From the sequence record NZ_LR134454.1: a DNA stretch of 64,000 nt. The stretch is one strand, 5' to 3'. Under the pieces are notes generated by a model that worked only from the letters and a program-made list of their open reading frames with translations, was not told the origin of the DNA and made no database searches. Made by a program: the position numbers and the translations under genes. The stretch is from a plasmid. Shown piece by piece: positions 14,799 through 24,578 of this stretch (its first letter is position 1; each line of letters opens with the position of its first letter).

Positions 14799-17700
14799 TC
14801 AGTCGGACTCGAGGAGCAGGGTCTGGGCGTGTACGGGTGCGGAATGGGGACGGATGATGCGCACGCGGCCGACCGGCTGATGGGTGAGGTGGACGCCGGG
14901 CGCCAGGCTGCCTTCCTGGCGGTCGCCGGAGAACAGCACCATCGTGGCGTTGTGCTCGCGGATCCCGCCGACGACGCTGTCATAGAGCGCGCGGCTGATG
15001 CCCGCCGACCGGCGGGCGACCACCAGGTGCAGTCCGATGTCGGCCGCGTAGGGGAGATACGGGATCAGCGGGGCCAAAGGATTGTTCGAGGTGCCGGACG
15101 CGAGCAGGTCGTAGTCGTCCACGATGAGGTAGATGTGCGGTCCGGTGAACGGCGCCGCCTGTTGTTGCAGGTCCTCCGGCGGGAGGCGCCGCTGCAGTTC
15201 TTCTGCGATCCCCGCCGCAAGGGCCCCGGCCGCGGACGGCGAGCCCGCGTATCCGCCCAGGTAGTCGTCCGGGACGAAGCCCTGCAGTGTTCGCCGGGGA
15301 TCGAAGAGGCCGATGACGAGTTGCTCGTCGGTGTGGGTCGAGACGAGTTCCTCGACGATCACGCGGAGGAGGTTCGTTTTCCCCGAACGGGATTCGCCGA
15401 TGACGAGCAGGTGCTGGTCGGTCGTCGTCGGATCGAGGACGAGCGGGGCGAGGTCGGTCTCGTTGATGCCGACGAGGAGCGGCTCGCGCTCGGGAAATCC
15501 GGAGCGGAAGCCTCGATAGGCGAGCGCGTCGGGGAGGGTGGGAACCGGCGGCATGGCCTGCCCCGCGGCACGGTGCCGCGCCACTTCGACGACCTCGTCG
15601 AAGCCCGAGTCGGACGAGAGGTGGGGGAGGGCGATCTGGGCCTGCGCGCCGAGGGGTTCCGTCGTGATGACACGGCCGGGCTGATCGGCGCGGATCAGCG
15701 TGTTCTGTGCGCGGCCGATCGTCGAATCGAGTGGATCGTTGAGGCGATGCTCGATCTTGGTGCCGATCACTGCCTGCATCGACATCCGGAGATCGGCCCA
15801 TCGCCCACCGACGATGACGACATGGATACCGAGCGCGAGACCGCGGTTGCCGATGTCCTGGACCACGTCGACGAGGTCCTCGTGGTTCTCCTTGAGGGAG
15901 GCCCAGCCGTCGATCGCGAGGACGATGTCGGCCGTCACGATCTCGGGGAACTGCTCGCCGTTTGCGATGCGCGCCCGGAGGTCGGCGATACCCTGGATTC
16001 GGCGCGACGCGAAGAACTGCTCGCGGGAATCCAGACTGCCGTGGAGATCGGCCACGATCCGGCGTGCGAGGTCGCCGTCGTAGCGCGTCGCGACACTCCC
16101 GGTGTTGGGGAGCCGCTCGAGGTCCGCGAGCGCCGTTCCGTTCGCGTCGATGACGTGGAACCCGAGCCTCGCCGGCGGGTGGCTGATCGCGCCGGCGGCG
16201 ACGATGGTCCGCAGCGTGGTCGTCTTGCCGGTCTGCGGGGCGCCCGAGATGTAGACGTTGCCCGACGTTCCTCGGAAGTCGACGGTGAGCGGTGACTGAC
16301 GTTGCCGTTTGGGCTCGTCGGCGAGGCCGATCGCGATTGCGAGGCCGTCCACGGAGTGGGTCGAGTCCGAGCCGATCTGGTCGAGGGGCAGGGTCGCCGG
16401 GAGCGGGGGCAGCCAGATGCGGCGGGACTGGAGGGCGGGCGCATCGAGCGCGTCGAGGATGACGTCGAGCGTCGTCGTGTCGGTCGGGGCGATCGTGGGT
16501 GCTGCGGAATGGCGGCCGGGATTCTCCGCGACGGGCGAGAACTCGAACCGCGACACCTCCGGCGCGGCCTCGCTCTGCACGCGCTCGACGCTGGGCCGGT
16601 ACGGGCCGGAGACGAACGCGGCCTTGAACCTCGTGAAGACGTCGGGGTCGACCTTGAGGATCGCCGAGCCCGGCACGGCGGGCAGGGTGTGCGCATCGGA
16701 CACACCGAGCGCCGTCCGGGATTCCTGTGCGGTGAACGTCCGCAGCCCGATCCGGTACGAGAGATGTGATTCGAGACCGCGGAGCCGGCCCTCCTCGAGA
16801 CGCTGAGTGGACAGGAGGAGGTGGACGCCGATCGAGCGGCCGATCCGCCCGATCTGTACGAAGAGATCGATGAAGTCGGGCTTGGCCGAGAGGATCTCAC
16901 CGAACTCGTCGATGACGACGAACAGCGCGGGGAGGGGCGGCAGCTGCTCCGCAGTGGGATCGGCGAGCCGGATCCGCCGTAGGCGTTGGTATTCGGTGAC
17001 GTTCGGCAGGTTGCCGGCATCGGCGAGGACGCGCTGACGCCGCTGGAGCTCACCGAGAAGGGCGTCGTGCAGGCGATCGACCAGCCCGAGATCGTCGGCC
17101 AGGTTGTCGACCGAGGCGCTGGTGTGGGGAAGGCGCTCGAAGCCGGCGAACGCGGCCCCGCCCTTGTAGTCGACGAGGACGAACGACAGAAGATCCGGCG
17201 GGTGCGCGATGGCCATGGAGGTGAGAAGCGTTCGAAGGAGTTCGGACTTGCCGGATCCCGTGGCGCCGACGCAGAGGCCGTGCGGCCCCATCCCGTTTTG
17301 GCCGGACTCCTTGATGTCGAGGCGGACCGGCGCGCCGGCCGCATCCGCGCCGATCGGAACGTTGAGGTGATCGCCGAGCGGCCTCGGCGTGCTCCACAGT
17401 GCCGCCGGGTCGAGGTCTGCGGGATCCCCGATGTCGTGCAGGGACGGAAGATCGAAGGTGGCTTCGAGGGCACTCGACGGGATCGGGTCCGCGACGAGGC
17501 GCAGGGGCGCGAGCCGCCTGGCGCAGACGGTGGCCAGCTCGAGGGTCCAGGCGTCGACGGTCCCGCGGTCCGTCCCCAGGATGAGACGCTTCACCCATCC
17601 CGGTCCACTGTCGAGGTCGATCCCGTTGATCGATGCCGCGGAGATCCTGCCGTCGTCACCGTCGTAGGCGGATCGCGAGCTCCGCACGGCGGTAGCGCCG

Positions 17701-18962
17701 TCGGTGGTGTCCGGCTCACCGTCAGCGTCGGAGTCGTCGCCGCCGAGAAGCCTGGTCAGGACGCCCGTCAGGTCGGTCACATCCACCTCGCCCGTCGGGG
17801 AGACGCGTACGCGGGTATCGACGTGTCCCGGCTCATCGACGCGGCGCAGTGTCTCGGTCACGAAGCAGATCCCGAGTTGTTCGGGAGAGACTCCCGGAGG
17901 TAGCAGGTCGGCCGGATCGGTGCCCGCCCCTAGGCCACTGCCGATGCGGGCCGCTTCGGTCATGATGACCACGAGGGTCGGGCCGTCCCATGCGGACTCC
18001 GAACGCGACCGGTGGCCCCGGTCGCTGAGAGCGGTGATGCGCGCGGAGATGAGTTCGACGAGCCGCGTCCGCATCTCGTCCGGATCCGTGGTGATGCGGC
18101 GGGCGGGGAAGGGGCCGTCGAAGCGCCCCGGGTCGGCCGTGTGCGGGAGCCACTTCATCCAGTCGAATCGGCCTGCTCCGGTGACGGGGTCGGGCGGTGT
18201 GCCGATGTCATCGGGCGTGGTGCACAGCATGATCTGAAGATCGGCGGGAGCGTGAAGAGCGGCGGCGCCGAGCACGAGGGCCGTGATCGTCCGTCCGGTC
18301 TCATGCCCCTCGCCCAGCACCGAGACCGTGCCGCGGAGCCGGACGGCGACCGGTACTCCGATGACCGACTCCGCGCGTTGCAGGAGCCTGTCGGCATGCG
18401 CCGCGGCGACCGGATCGGGTGGCGCGGCGGAGCCGGAGGCGCCGGGAAGGGTGACGGAACGCGCTATCGGGCCGATGCCCTCACCGATGCGGACCACGAG
18501 GAAGTCGATGTCGCCGCGGCGTCGTTCGAACAGTCGGAGGCGGTTGACCGCGATCTGCGGTAGGGCTTCGGGCGCCGGGTGGCGCCACGCCATCGCGGCA
18601 CGGTAGTCGAGGATGTCCTGGTCGATACCCACACGGAGTCGTCCGATGTAGTCGACGTACCCGAGGCGGGCCTCACGTGCTTCCCGACGGCTACCCGTGC
18701 GGGCGAAGATCACGCTGGCGATCGCGGCGAGCACCATGGAGGCGATGATGGCGACGCCGGCGAGCATCCGGATCGGGTTGTTGCCGGAGAACAGCATCGC
18801 CCCGGCGCCGATCGCCGCGCCGAGCGGGAGCACCGCGCGGACGACGGTCGATATTCCGCCCGCGCCACGGGCGGTGGCGGGGACGGCGGGGATGTCGAGG
18901 GGAGCGACGTTCAGCTCGGGGCCACGCCCGCGGGCGGGCCGGCGGAAGATTGTGACCGACAT
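14799..18962 (-). CDS. eccC: Type VII secretion FtsK/SpoIIIE-family ATPase EccC (single fused polypeptide, 1387 aa)
   Basis: Two N-terminal TM helices followed by three P-loop ATPase domains (e.g. GATGSGKSELLRTLLTSMAIAHPPD; GAPQTGKTTTLRTIVAAG; GESRSGKTNLLRVIVEELV). Size and architecture match EccC. Confidence 0.9.
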   Translation of the reverse strand: MSVTIFRRPARGRGPELNVAPLDIPAVPATARGAGGISTVVRAVLPLGAAIGAGAMLFSGNNPIRMLAGVAIIASMVLAAIASVIFARTGSRREAREARLGYVDYIGRLRVGIDQDILDYRAAMAWRHPAPEALPQIAVNRLRLFERRRGDIDFLVVRIGEGIGPIARSVTLPGASGSAAPPDPVAAAHADRLLQRAESVIGVPVAVRLRGTVSVLGEGHETGRTITALVLGAAALHAPADLQIMLCTTPDDIGTPPDPVTGAGRFDWMKWLPHTADPGRFDGPFPARRITTDPDEMRTRLVELISARITALSDRGHRSRSESAWDGPTLVVIMTEAARIGSGLGAGTDPADLLPPGVSPEQLGICFVTETLRRVDEPGHVDTRVRVSPTGEVDVTDLTGVLTRLLGGDDSDADGEPDTTDGATAVRSSRSAYDGDDGRISAASINGIDLDSGPGWVKRLILGTDRGTVDAWTLELATVCARRLAPLRLVADPIPSSALEATFDLPSLHDIGDPADLDPAALWSTPRPLGDHLNVPIGADAAGAPVRLDIKESGQNGMGPHGLCVGATGSGKSELLRTLLTSMAIAHPPDLLSFVLVDYKGGAAFAGFERLPHTSASVDNLADDLGLVDRLHDALLGELQRRQRVLADAGNLPNVTEYQRLRRIRLADPTAEQLPPLPALFVVIDEFGEILSAKPDFIDLFVQIGRIGRSIGVHLLLSTQRLEEGRLRGLESHLSYRIGLRTFTAQESRTALGVSDAHTLPAVPGSAILKVDPDVFTRFKAAFVSGPYRPSVERVQSEAAPEVSRFEFSPVAENPGRHSAAPTIAPTDTTTLDVILDALDAPALQSRRIWLPPLPATLPLDQIGSDSTHSVDGLAIAIGLADEPKRQRQSPLTVDFRGTSGNVYISGAPQTGKTTTLRTIVAAGAISHPPARLGFHVIDANGTALADLERLPNTGSVATRYDGDLARRIVADLHGSLDSREQFFASRRIQGIADLRARIANGEQFPEIVTADIVLAIDGWASLKENHEDLVDVVQDIGNRGLALGIHVVIVGGRWADLRMSMQAVIGTKIEHRLNDPLDSTIGRAQNTLIRADQPGRVITTEPLGAQAQIALPHLSSDSGFDEVVEVARHRAAGQAMPPVPTLPDALAYRGFRSGFPEREPLLVGINETDLAPLVLDPTTTDQHLLVIGESRSGKTNLLRVIVEELVSTHTDEQLVIGLFDPRRTLQGFVPDDYLGGYAGSPSAAGALAAGIAEELQRRLPPEDLQQQAAPFTGPHIYLIVDDYDLLASGTSNNPLAPLIPYLPYAADIGLHLVVARRSAGISRALYDSVVGGIREHNATMVLFSGDRQEGSLAPGVHLTHQPVGRVRIIRPHSAPVHAQTLLLESD

Positions 18963-18990
18963 GGATCTTCGTTTCTGACGTAGTGGCGCT

Positions 18991-19710
18991 TCAGTCGGTG
19001 AACGACTTCGCTTGGAAGTTGACCGCCTCGATGAACCTGGGGTCGGGGTTGTACGAGGCGACGGCCTTCTGCCAGCCCTCGGGGGTCGACATGTCGGCGC
19101 CGGCGCCGCAGAGCAGGCGTCCGAGGGTCAAGGCGGCATCGTCGAGATTGTCGGGGTTGGGCGGCGTGCTCGTGTCGGAGCTCGCGGTGATGGCCCATTG
19201 CTCCCACACGGTGGGGGCGAACAGAAGTGGGCCCATGAGAAGGTCCGCGGAAGCGTCGCCGTCGTAGAATCCGCCGTCCGTGTCCTTCGCCGCCGGCTTC
19301 TGCGCCTCGCGGAAGGAGGGCCGGACGACGGCGTCGTCCCCGAGGCTGTGACTCCGGGACGTCCCGTGATCGGAGGTGATGCGCCCGATGGCCGCCAGTG
19401 TGGCCCAACCGAGTTGGCAGCGCGGTGCGTTCTTCCCCATCACCAGGGCCGCCCAGGAGTAGGACTCCAGCGCCGTCGTCGGAGTGAGATAGGGGCCACT
19501 GTGAATGGCAGCCCACTTGGCCATCGCTGCCGCCGCACGCGGTGCCGACGGCGCGCTGGAGGCCGAGGAAGCGGGGGCGTCGGGTGTTCGCGTCAGGCGC
19601 GCGGAACATCCGGACAGGACGACGGTCAGCGCGACCGCGATGGCGACGCCGCGGACGGCACCGGTGAAGCGTGCCGAATGATGCTGCGGCGCTCGGGCTG
19701 TCGATTTCGT
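18991..19710 (-). CDS. Lipoprotein lytic transglycosylase-like protein (MltB/Slt-like domain)
   Basis: Start re-called at GTG 19710 with a GAGAGG RBS. Lipobox LSGC. C-terminal block FAPTVWEQWA...NPDNLDDAALTLGRLLCGAGADMSTPEGWQKAVASYNP resembles actinobacterial MltB-like transglycosylases. It sits 28 bp upstream of eccC. Confidence 0.6.
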   Translation of the reverse strand, partial: TKSTARAPQHHSARFTGAVRGVAIAVALTVVLSGCSARLTRTPDAPASSASSAPSAPRAAAAMAKWAAIHSGPYLTPTTALESYSWAALVMGKNAPRCQLGWATLAAIGRITSDHGTSRSHSLGDDAVVRPSFREAQKPAAKDTDGGFYDGDASADLLMGPLLFAPTVWEQWAITASSDTSTPPNPDNLDDAALTLGRLLCGAGADMSTPEGWQKAVASYNPDPRFIEAVNFQAKSFTD

Positions 19711-20018
19711 CACGGAGTGGCCTCTCGGGGTCGTGCACGCGATACCGTTGTGGAATGCAGGTCGACGATCAGGTAGCGGGTTCGCGTCAGCGGGCGCAGC
19801 GGGTGCACTGGGAACGGTCGGAACGACAGCGGATTCTGCAGGCGCATTCGCTCCGTACGAAACTGACCACTGCCGCGGTCCTGAACGGCAAACTTCCCCC
19901 GCGGTCGACGGCTTCGGTCGTGATGCTCGTGCTGTGGTCCGTCGCGATCGCGGCGATCGCCGCGGCGGCGGTGCTGGCGGGAGTGTGGATCGCCGGCTGG
20001 ATGGGTGCGAAGTCACAA

Positions 20019-21377
20019 TCAGCGCCCCAGGTCGGTACCAAGTATGTACTGGTAAATGCCCTGAGCCCAGAACAGCATGGGAATCAGCCCCAGTAGGACG
20101 AGCGCATCGACGATGTTCCAGAGCTGAGCCAGCCGTGCGCCGGTGACGGTGGGGAGCTCGAAATAGCCGAGGAACAGGATGATCACGCCGAGGAGCAGGG
20201 CGATGACCATGGTCGCGGCCGCGGTGATGAACGGTGCCGACTCCCCGATGCGCTGGTCGATCAGGGCGACCGGCACGATGAACGCACTCGTCACTGCGAC
20301 GCCGATGATCGGCGCGACGTGCCGGACCTCCGAGAAGCTTCGACTCCGCAGGAGGAAGGCCAGTCCGATGTAGGCGCCGAACGCCGCCTGCTCCCAGACG
20401 CCCGTGATCGCGAGCACGAGAACCGCTCCCACGGCGCTCGCGCAGCACGCCCACACGATCCCGTCGAGGAGGTCGGTGGCGATGACCGCCCGCCGCACGA
20501 TCTCGGGGCGACCGGGGCGCTCACGTCCGGCCTCGTACGAGGCGGCGGGAGACTCCTCCTCGGTGCGGGCCACGACGCCGCCCAGTCCCGACCAGGCCAC
20601 CGAGAGCCGTCCGGCGCAGGCGAGGCCGATGACGAGCACCGGAGAGATCCATGCCGCGAGCGCGGTGGCGTTGACTCCCAATCGGATCGCGATCACAGCG
20701 GCGATCGCGGTTCCGCCGGCGATCGACGACGAGGCGACGATCGCCCACCGGGCCGGTGACAGGACGAAGGTCGTGATGGCGATTCCGCACAGTCCGCCGC
20801 CGACGGTGGCGAGGACGACCTGTGGCCACGGGGACGCGTGGAACACCGCCGCCGAGGCGGCGGCGAAGCAGATCGGAGTGATCCAGACGAGGTGACGGGC
20901 CGGCTCCGGAGCTGCGTAGGTGGCGAGGATGAACGCGCCCATCGCGGCGGCGCATGCGCCGGCGACGAGGCCCCCGGTGACGGCGAAGGCGACGGCCGCG
21001 ACGACGACCAGCATTCCCGCGTAGCCGACGACGACGGAATGCCGGGCGTTGCCGGTCCACATCCGGCGGTCGTCCTCGACGTAGTCGGCGACCACGTCGA
21101 TCGCGGAGAAGATCTCCGGTGCGGCGACCTCGCTCGCGGCGGGCACGATGTAGAGCAGGTCCCCGTCCACGACGCCGTAGTCGCTGAGCTTTCCGTGCGC
21201 GGCGAGGGGACCGGCCGCCACCGACGCGAATTGCCATCCCGTCTCGTCGGACGGATCGAGACCGAGAACGGCGGCGACCTGGTCGACGACCTCGGCGACG
21301 GGGCGTCCGAGCGGCGCGGTGACGTCGGCGGCGTTGTCCTCCGGGCCGACAACGGTGACCCGGACGAATTCAGCCAC
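20019..21377 (-). CDS. eccD: Type VII secretion integral membrane protein EccD
   Basis: N-terminal ubiquitin-like/YukD-like soluble domain (VRVTVVGPEDNAADVTAPLGRPVAEVVDQVAAVLGL) followed by ~11 predicted TM helices. 452 aa. Confidence 0.8.
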   Translation of the reverse strand: MAEFVRVTVVGPEDNAADVTAPLGRPVAEVVDQVAAVLGLDPSDETGWQFASVAAGPLAAHGKLSDYGVVDGDLLYIVPAASEVAAPEIFSAIDVVADYVEDDRRMWTGNARHSVVVGYAGMLVVVAAVAFAVTGGLVAGACAAAMGAFILATYAAPEPARHLVWITPICFAAASAAVFHASPWPQVVLATVGGGLCGIAITTFVLSPARWAIVASSSIAGGTAIAAVIAIRLGVNATALAAWISPVLVIGLACAGRLSVAWSGLGGVVARTEEESPAASYEAGRERPGRPEIVRRAVIATDLLDGIVWACCASAVGAVLVLAITGVWEQAAFGAYIGLAFLLRSRSFSEVRHVAPIIGVAVTSAFIVPVALIDQRIGESAPFITAAATMVIALLLGVIILFLGYFELPTVTGARLAQLWNIVDALVLLGLIPMLFWAQGIYQYILGTDLGR

Positions 21378-21431
21378 GGAACGTCCCCGACCGGGCGGAG
21401 GTGCGGTGTGCGCCGTTCGACGCGTGTCCGG

Positions 21432-21728
21432 TCACGCCTGCACGCGGTTGAACAGGGCCTTGCCGGCGATGTCGGACGCCGATGCCCGCGCGGCGATACC
21501 GTCGGCGGCGCGGCCGAACTCGGCGATATTCGCGATCAGCTGCTGGGTGAAGACCCCGCCGACCTCGGCATGACCGGCCATGGCTGCGTTGACCGCCGCA
21601 CCTGCTTCCGCTCCTGCGCCGGCGACGGCGGGGCGTGCCGGGGCCGACAGCGACGCGGATACCACCCGCAGGCTGCTGCTCGCGTCGAGCAGGTCGTCGA
21701 GCGGGAACTGGGAGAACGAGGAGGTCAT
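21432..21728 (-). CDS. Small Ala-rich protein (98 aa) in the ESX operon; possible secretion-associated/PE-like helical protein
   Basis: ORF placed between the DUF4185 gene and eccD on the same strand. No WXG motif and no confident family assignment. Confidence 0.35.
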   Translation of the reverse strand: MTSSFSQFPLDDLLDASSSLRVVSASLSAPARPAVAGAGAEAGAAVNAAMAGHAEVGGVFTQQLIANIAEFGRAADGIAARASASDIAGKALFNRVQA

Positions 21729-21776
21729 CGGCTTCGGCCCTTCCGGTCGAGATGGCGTGATGCGGAGCAGGAACGG

Positions 21777-23603
21777 TCAGGACGCGGCCCGCGACGTCGC
21801 GGTGGACGACGAGGGTGCGGGCTTGCCGGTGGTGGGAGGTAGCTGGCTGGTCGGCCCGGTGGGCGCCCCTTGTGCCGGCCCGGGCGGGAGGAAGGGCGCG
21901 TTCGGGAGCGGACTCTGGCCCACGTCCGGGACCGGGATCGACGGGACCTGCGCTCCACCGGGCAGGGTGACCGGGGCCAACTGCGCCGGCGGCTTGGGAT
22001 TCTGCTTGGTGACGTTCGTGTGCATCAGGTACGTGTTGTACGAATTGAACTGAGACACGACGAAGTACAGATCGTTGCCCGAGGAACCGGGGAGGACTCG
22101 CGGTGCGTAGAGGCTGGGGTAGTCGGTGCCCGAGGCGATGATCTCGGGGTCCGACCACGGGCCGAGCGCCGACGCGGACTGACGCATCACGATGGCGTTG
22201 CGCACCATGTCCGTATTGACCATCACGAACCGCTGAACGCCGGGATGATATGCGACGTTGAAGTCGCCGAGCGCACCCCAGGCGAGGGGGGACGGGGCGG
22301 TCTTCTCCGCGGCGGAGAACTCGCCGCCGTTCCACACCTTGTACTTCGACGAGTCGAGGACGTCCTTGGTCTTGGTCTTCGACACGAACACGCCGCCGAT
22401 GCGGCCGGGCGGGCTCCCGTACAGGTAGACCTCGTCGCCGACGACGACGGCGGAGGTCATCTGGAAGGCCGTGTTCCGCTCGGAGTTGCGCCAGACGGCC
22501 TTCGGGGCCTTGAACCACGTGGAGCCACCGTCGTCCGAGTAGGCGATGCCCGAGTAGTTCGACACCCACTGCCCGGACGAAGGGCCCCAGGTCCGAATGG
22601 AGGTGTAGGTCAGGAAGGTGCGGTCGCCGATCGCGAACCCGGAGGTCGGGATGACGGTCTCTTCGGCACCCTTCGCCTTCGCGCTCTGCAGAATCTCCTT
22701 GGCGTGGCCCGGCCGGTCCGTGATGAACGAGGTGATCTTCATTCCCGCCGAGGGATTGGAGACGTCGGCCACTGCGAGCGAATTGGACCTCCAGTCGAAT
22801 CCCGTCGGTCCCGTGGTCCCCGTCCAACCGACGCCGGGGCTCTGCTGCCCGGTGCCGCCGCCGGAACCTTCCGAGGAGCTGCCCGAGCCGCCGCTGCCGG
22901 ATCCGGAACCCTGCTGGCCGCCGGCGCGAATGTTGATCAACGGGATGTCGGGCACGGGGATCTTGACCGCCGAGGGAATGATCGGCACGTTCAATCCGCT
23001 ACCGTCAACCAGCGGCGGAGTCGTGGCCTGCTCCCCGGTCGCGCGCGGGCCGCCGAACGTGTCGCCGAAGGCGACGAGGGTTCGTCCCCGCGAGTCCGCG
23101 AACGGCACGGCCCAGGCCGCGCCGGCGACTCCCCAGTTCTTGTCGGTGTGAGAATACGACTGGGCGCCAGTGATCTTCGAGACGAAGGCGTTCGTCACCG
23201 ATCGACCCTGCGGCAGAGCGGGCTGGCCGGCCCCGGGAGGCTCGGCGGCCGGTGCGGCCGGCTTCGCGGGTCCGCCCGGCCCGCCGGGACCGTTCGGTGC
23301 GGCTGTGACCACGGGGAGCCCCGGAACCCCGGGAGCGGGTGGCACGGCGTAGGGAAATGAACCCTGGGCACTGACCTGAGAGGGCTGCGCGCCCGCTTCC
23401 ACCGTCTGAGAGGGTGCTGAGGAGGTCGAGCACGCGGCGACTGTGCACACCGCCACGGAGCCGACCGCGGCGGCACGCACTCGCGAGAGGAGCGCGGACG
23501 TACCTCGAGATCGGTTGTGACGTACCGCATGTTTCGCCACGGCGTGCTCCCCGCTGGTTCTGGGTCCGCTGGAGCGCCGCTCCAGCAAACCTGAGATTTT
23601 CAT
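21777..23603 (-). CDS. Secreted/lipoprotein DUF4185-like domain protein with Gly/Ser linker and Pro-rich C-terminus (608 aa)
   Basis: Signal peptide and lipobox-like AACS. Gly/Ser linker. Core with TWGPSSGQWVSNYSGIAYSDDGGSTW and YAPRVLPGSSGNDLYFVVSQFNSYNTYLM blocks characteristic of DUF4185. Pro-rich tail. Confidence 0.55.
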   Translation of the reverse strand: MKISGLLERRSSGPRTSGEHAVAKHAVRHNRSRGTSALLSRVRAAAVGSVAVCTVAACSTSSAPSQTVEAGAQPSQVSAQGSFPYAVPPAPGVPGLPVVTAAPNGPGGPGGPAKPAAPAAEPPGAGQPALPQGRSVTNAFVSKITGAQSYSHTDKNWGVAGAAWAVPFADSRGRTLVAFGDTFGGPRATGEQATTPPLVDGSGLNVPIIPSAVKIPVPDIPLINIRAGGQQGSGSGSGGSGSSSEGSGGGTGQQSPGVGWTGTTGPTGFDWRSNSLAVADVSNPSAGMKITSFITDRPGHAKEILQSAKAKGAEETVIPTSGFAIGDRTFLTYTSIRTWGPSSGQWVSNYSGIAYSDDGGSTWFKAPKAVWRNSERNTAFQMTSAVVVGDEVYLYGSPPGRIGGVFVSKTKTKDVLDSSKYKVWNGGEFSAAEKTAPSPLAWGALGDFNVAYHPGVQRFVMVNTDMVRNAIVMRQSASALGPWSDPEIIASGTDYPSLYAPRVLPGSSGNDLYFVVSQFNSYNTYLMHTNVTKQNPKPPAQLAPVTLPGGAQVPSIPVPDVGQSPLPNAPFLPPGPAQGAPTGPTSQLPPTTGKPAPSSSTATSRAAS

Positions 23604-23772
23604 ATGGATCGCGGCGACCTTATCGCGCGGATCCGGCCCTCGCTACTTGATGTGACGAAGGGTACGTTGGTTGCGGTAACTGTTGCGAACGGTCGTAACC
23701 GCTTGTAGTGTCCTGCGCAAATTCAACCTGGGGTGTCTTGCCCCGGAAGATTCCCGGAGGGGCACGACGGCC

Positions 23773-24105
23773 ATGGGTACTCGTTTCTCAGTCGCCAATC
23801 ATGCGGTGACCACGCACGCGACCAACATCGAGCAGGTGTCTGGGGCGTTGAACGCTCAGGGCAAGCGGTTCGTCTCCGCGGTGGAGGCGTTGCCGGCGTC
23901 GTGGAAGGGGCAGTCGTTCATCGCGTGGGATCAGTTGACGACGCGGTGGGATGCTTCGTTCAAGGAGCTCAATGCGGCGTTGACGACGATCCGTGAGTCG
24001 GTGGGGCAGGCCGGGCAGCTGTACACCTCCGGTGAGCAGCAGCAGGCGGCGAACCTCGAGCAGGCGGCTCGGGGCATGGCCTGGGATCAGGCGAAGTTCC
24101 GCTGA
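23773..24105 (+). CDS. esxB: WXG100-family protein (EsxB/CFP-10-like)
   Basis: ~110 aa helical protein with a W-x-G (ASWKGQS). C-terminal EQQQAANLE resembling the CFP-10 EEQQQALSS tail, and a YxxxE (LYTSGE). Preceded by a GGAGGGG RBS. Confidence 0.65.
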   Translation: MGTRFSVANHAVTTHATNIEQVSGALNAQGKRFVSAVEALPASWKGQSFIAWDQLTTRWDASFKELNAALTTIRESVGQAGQLYTSGEQQQAANLEQAARGMAWDQAKFR

Positions 24106-24191
24106 CCCTTTCGGGCTTTCGAGCCCGACTTTTGATCTGCAGCCACGGACTTCCGTGAGCTGCGTCTGAGCCTTCCGATGAGGAGATGATC

Positions 24192-24488
24192 ATGTCTGAG
24201 ATGTATGCGTACGACGAGGGTGGCGCGGAGACCGCCGGTGATGATCTGGCGTCGATCGTCGCGGCGTTGGAAGCGAACCTGGAGCAGTTGCAGGGGTACG
24301 TGGCGTCGGTGGAGTCGCAGTGGAACGCGGATGAGCAGGTGCTCTACCGCGGCGTGCAGACCAAGTGGAACAACGCCGCGGCGTCGGTGAGCGAGATCCT
24401 CGGGCAGATGAAGACCGCGCTCGGCACGAACACCGAGCAGGTTCGTGACATGCGGTCGCAGGTGCGCTCCGCGCTGTCGCGCAACTGA
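24192..24488 (+). CDS. esxA: WXG100-family protein (EsxA-like)
   Basis: 98 aa. YRGVQTKWNNAAASVSEILGQM parallels the EsxA [22 protein letters not shown] block. RBS GAGGAG 6 nt upstream of the ATG. The W-x-G itself is degenerate (WNA). Confidence 0.6.
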   Translation: MSEMYAYDEGGAETAGDDLASIVAALEANLEQLQGYVASVESQWNADEQVLYRGVQTKWNNAAASVSEILGQMKTALGTNTEQVRDMRSQVRSALSRN

Positions 24489-24578
24489 CTGTCCTCACGA
24501 GCTCGTCATAGTCCTGAAGGCCGCGCCATGTGTGTGCGGCCGCGTCCTGTCGTTGTCTATCGAAGGATCACTGAGCTG

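Noticed and set aside
14787-17473. Plus- and minus-strand ORFs of 500+ aa overlapping eccC
   Set aside because: Antisense or off-frame to the strongly supported EccC ATPase. No motifs.
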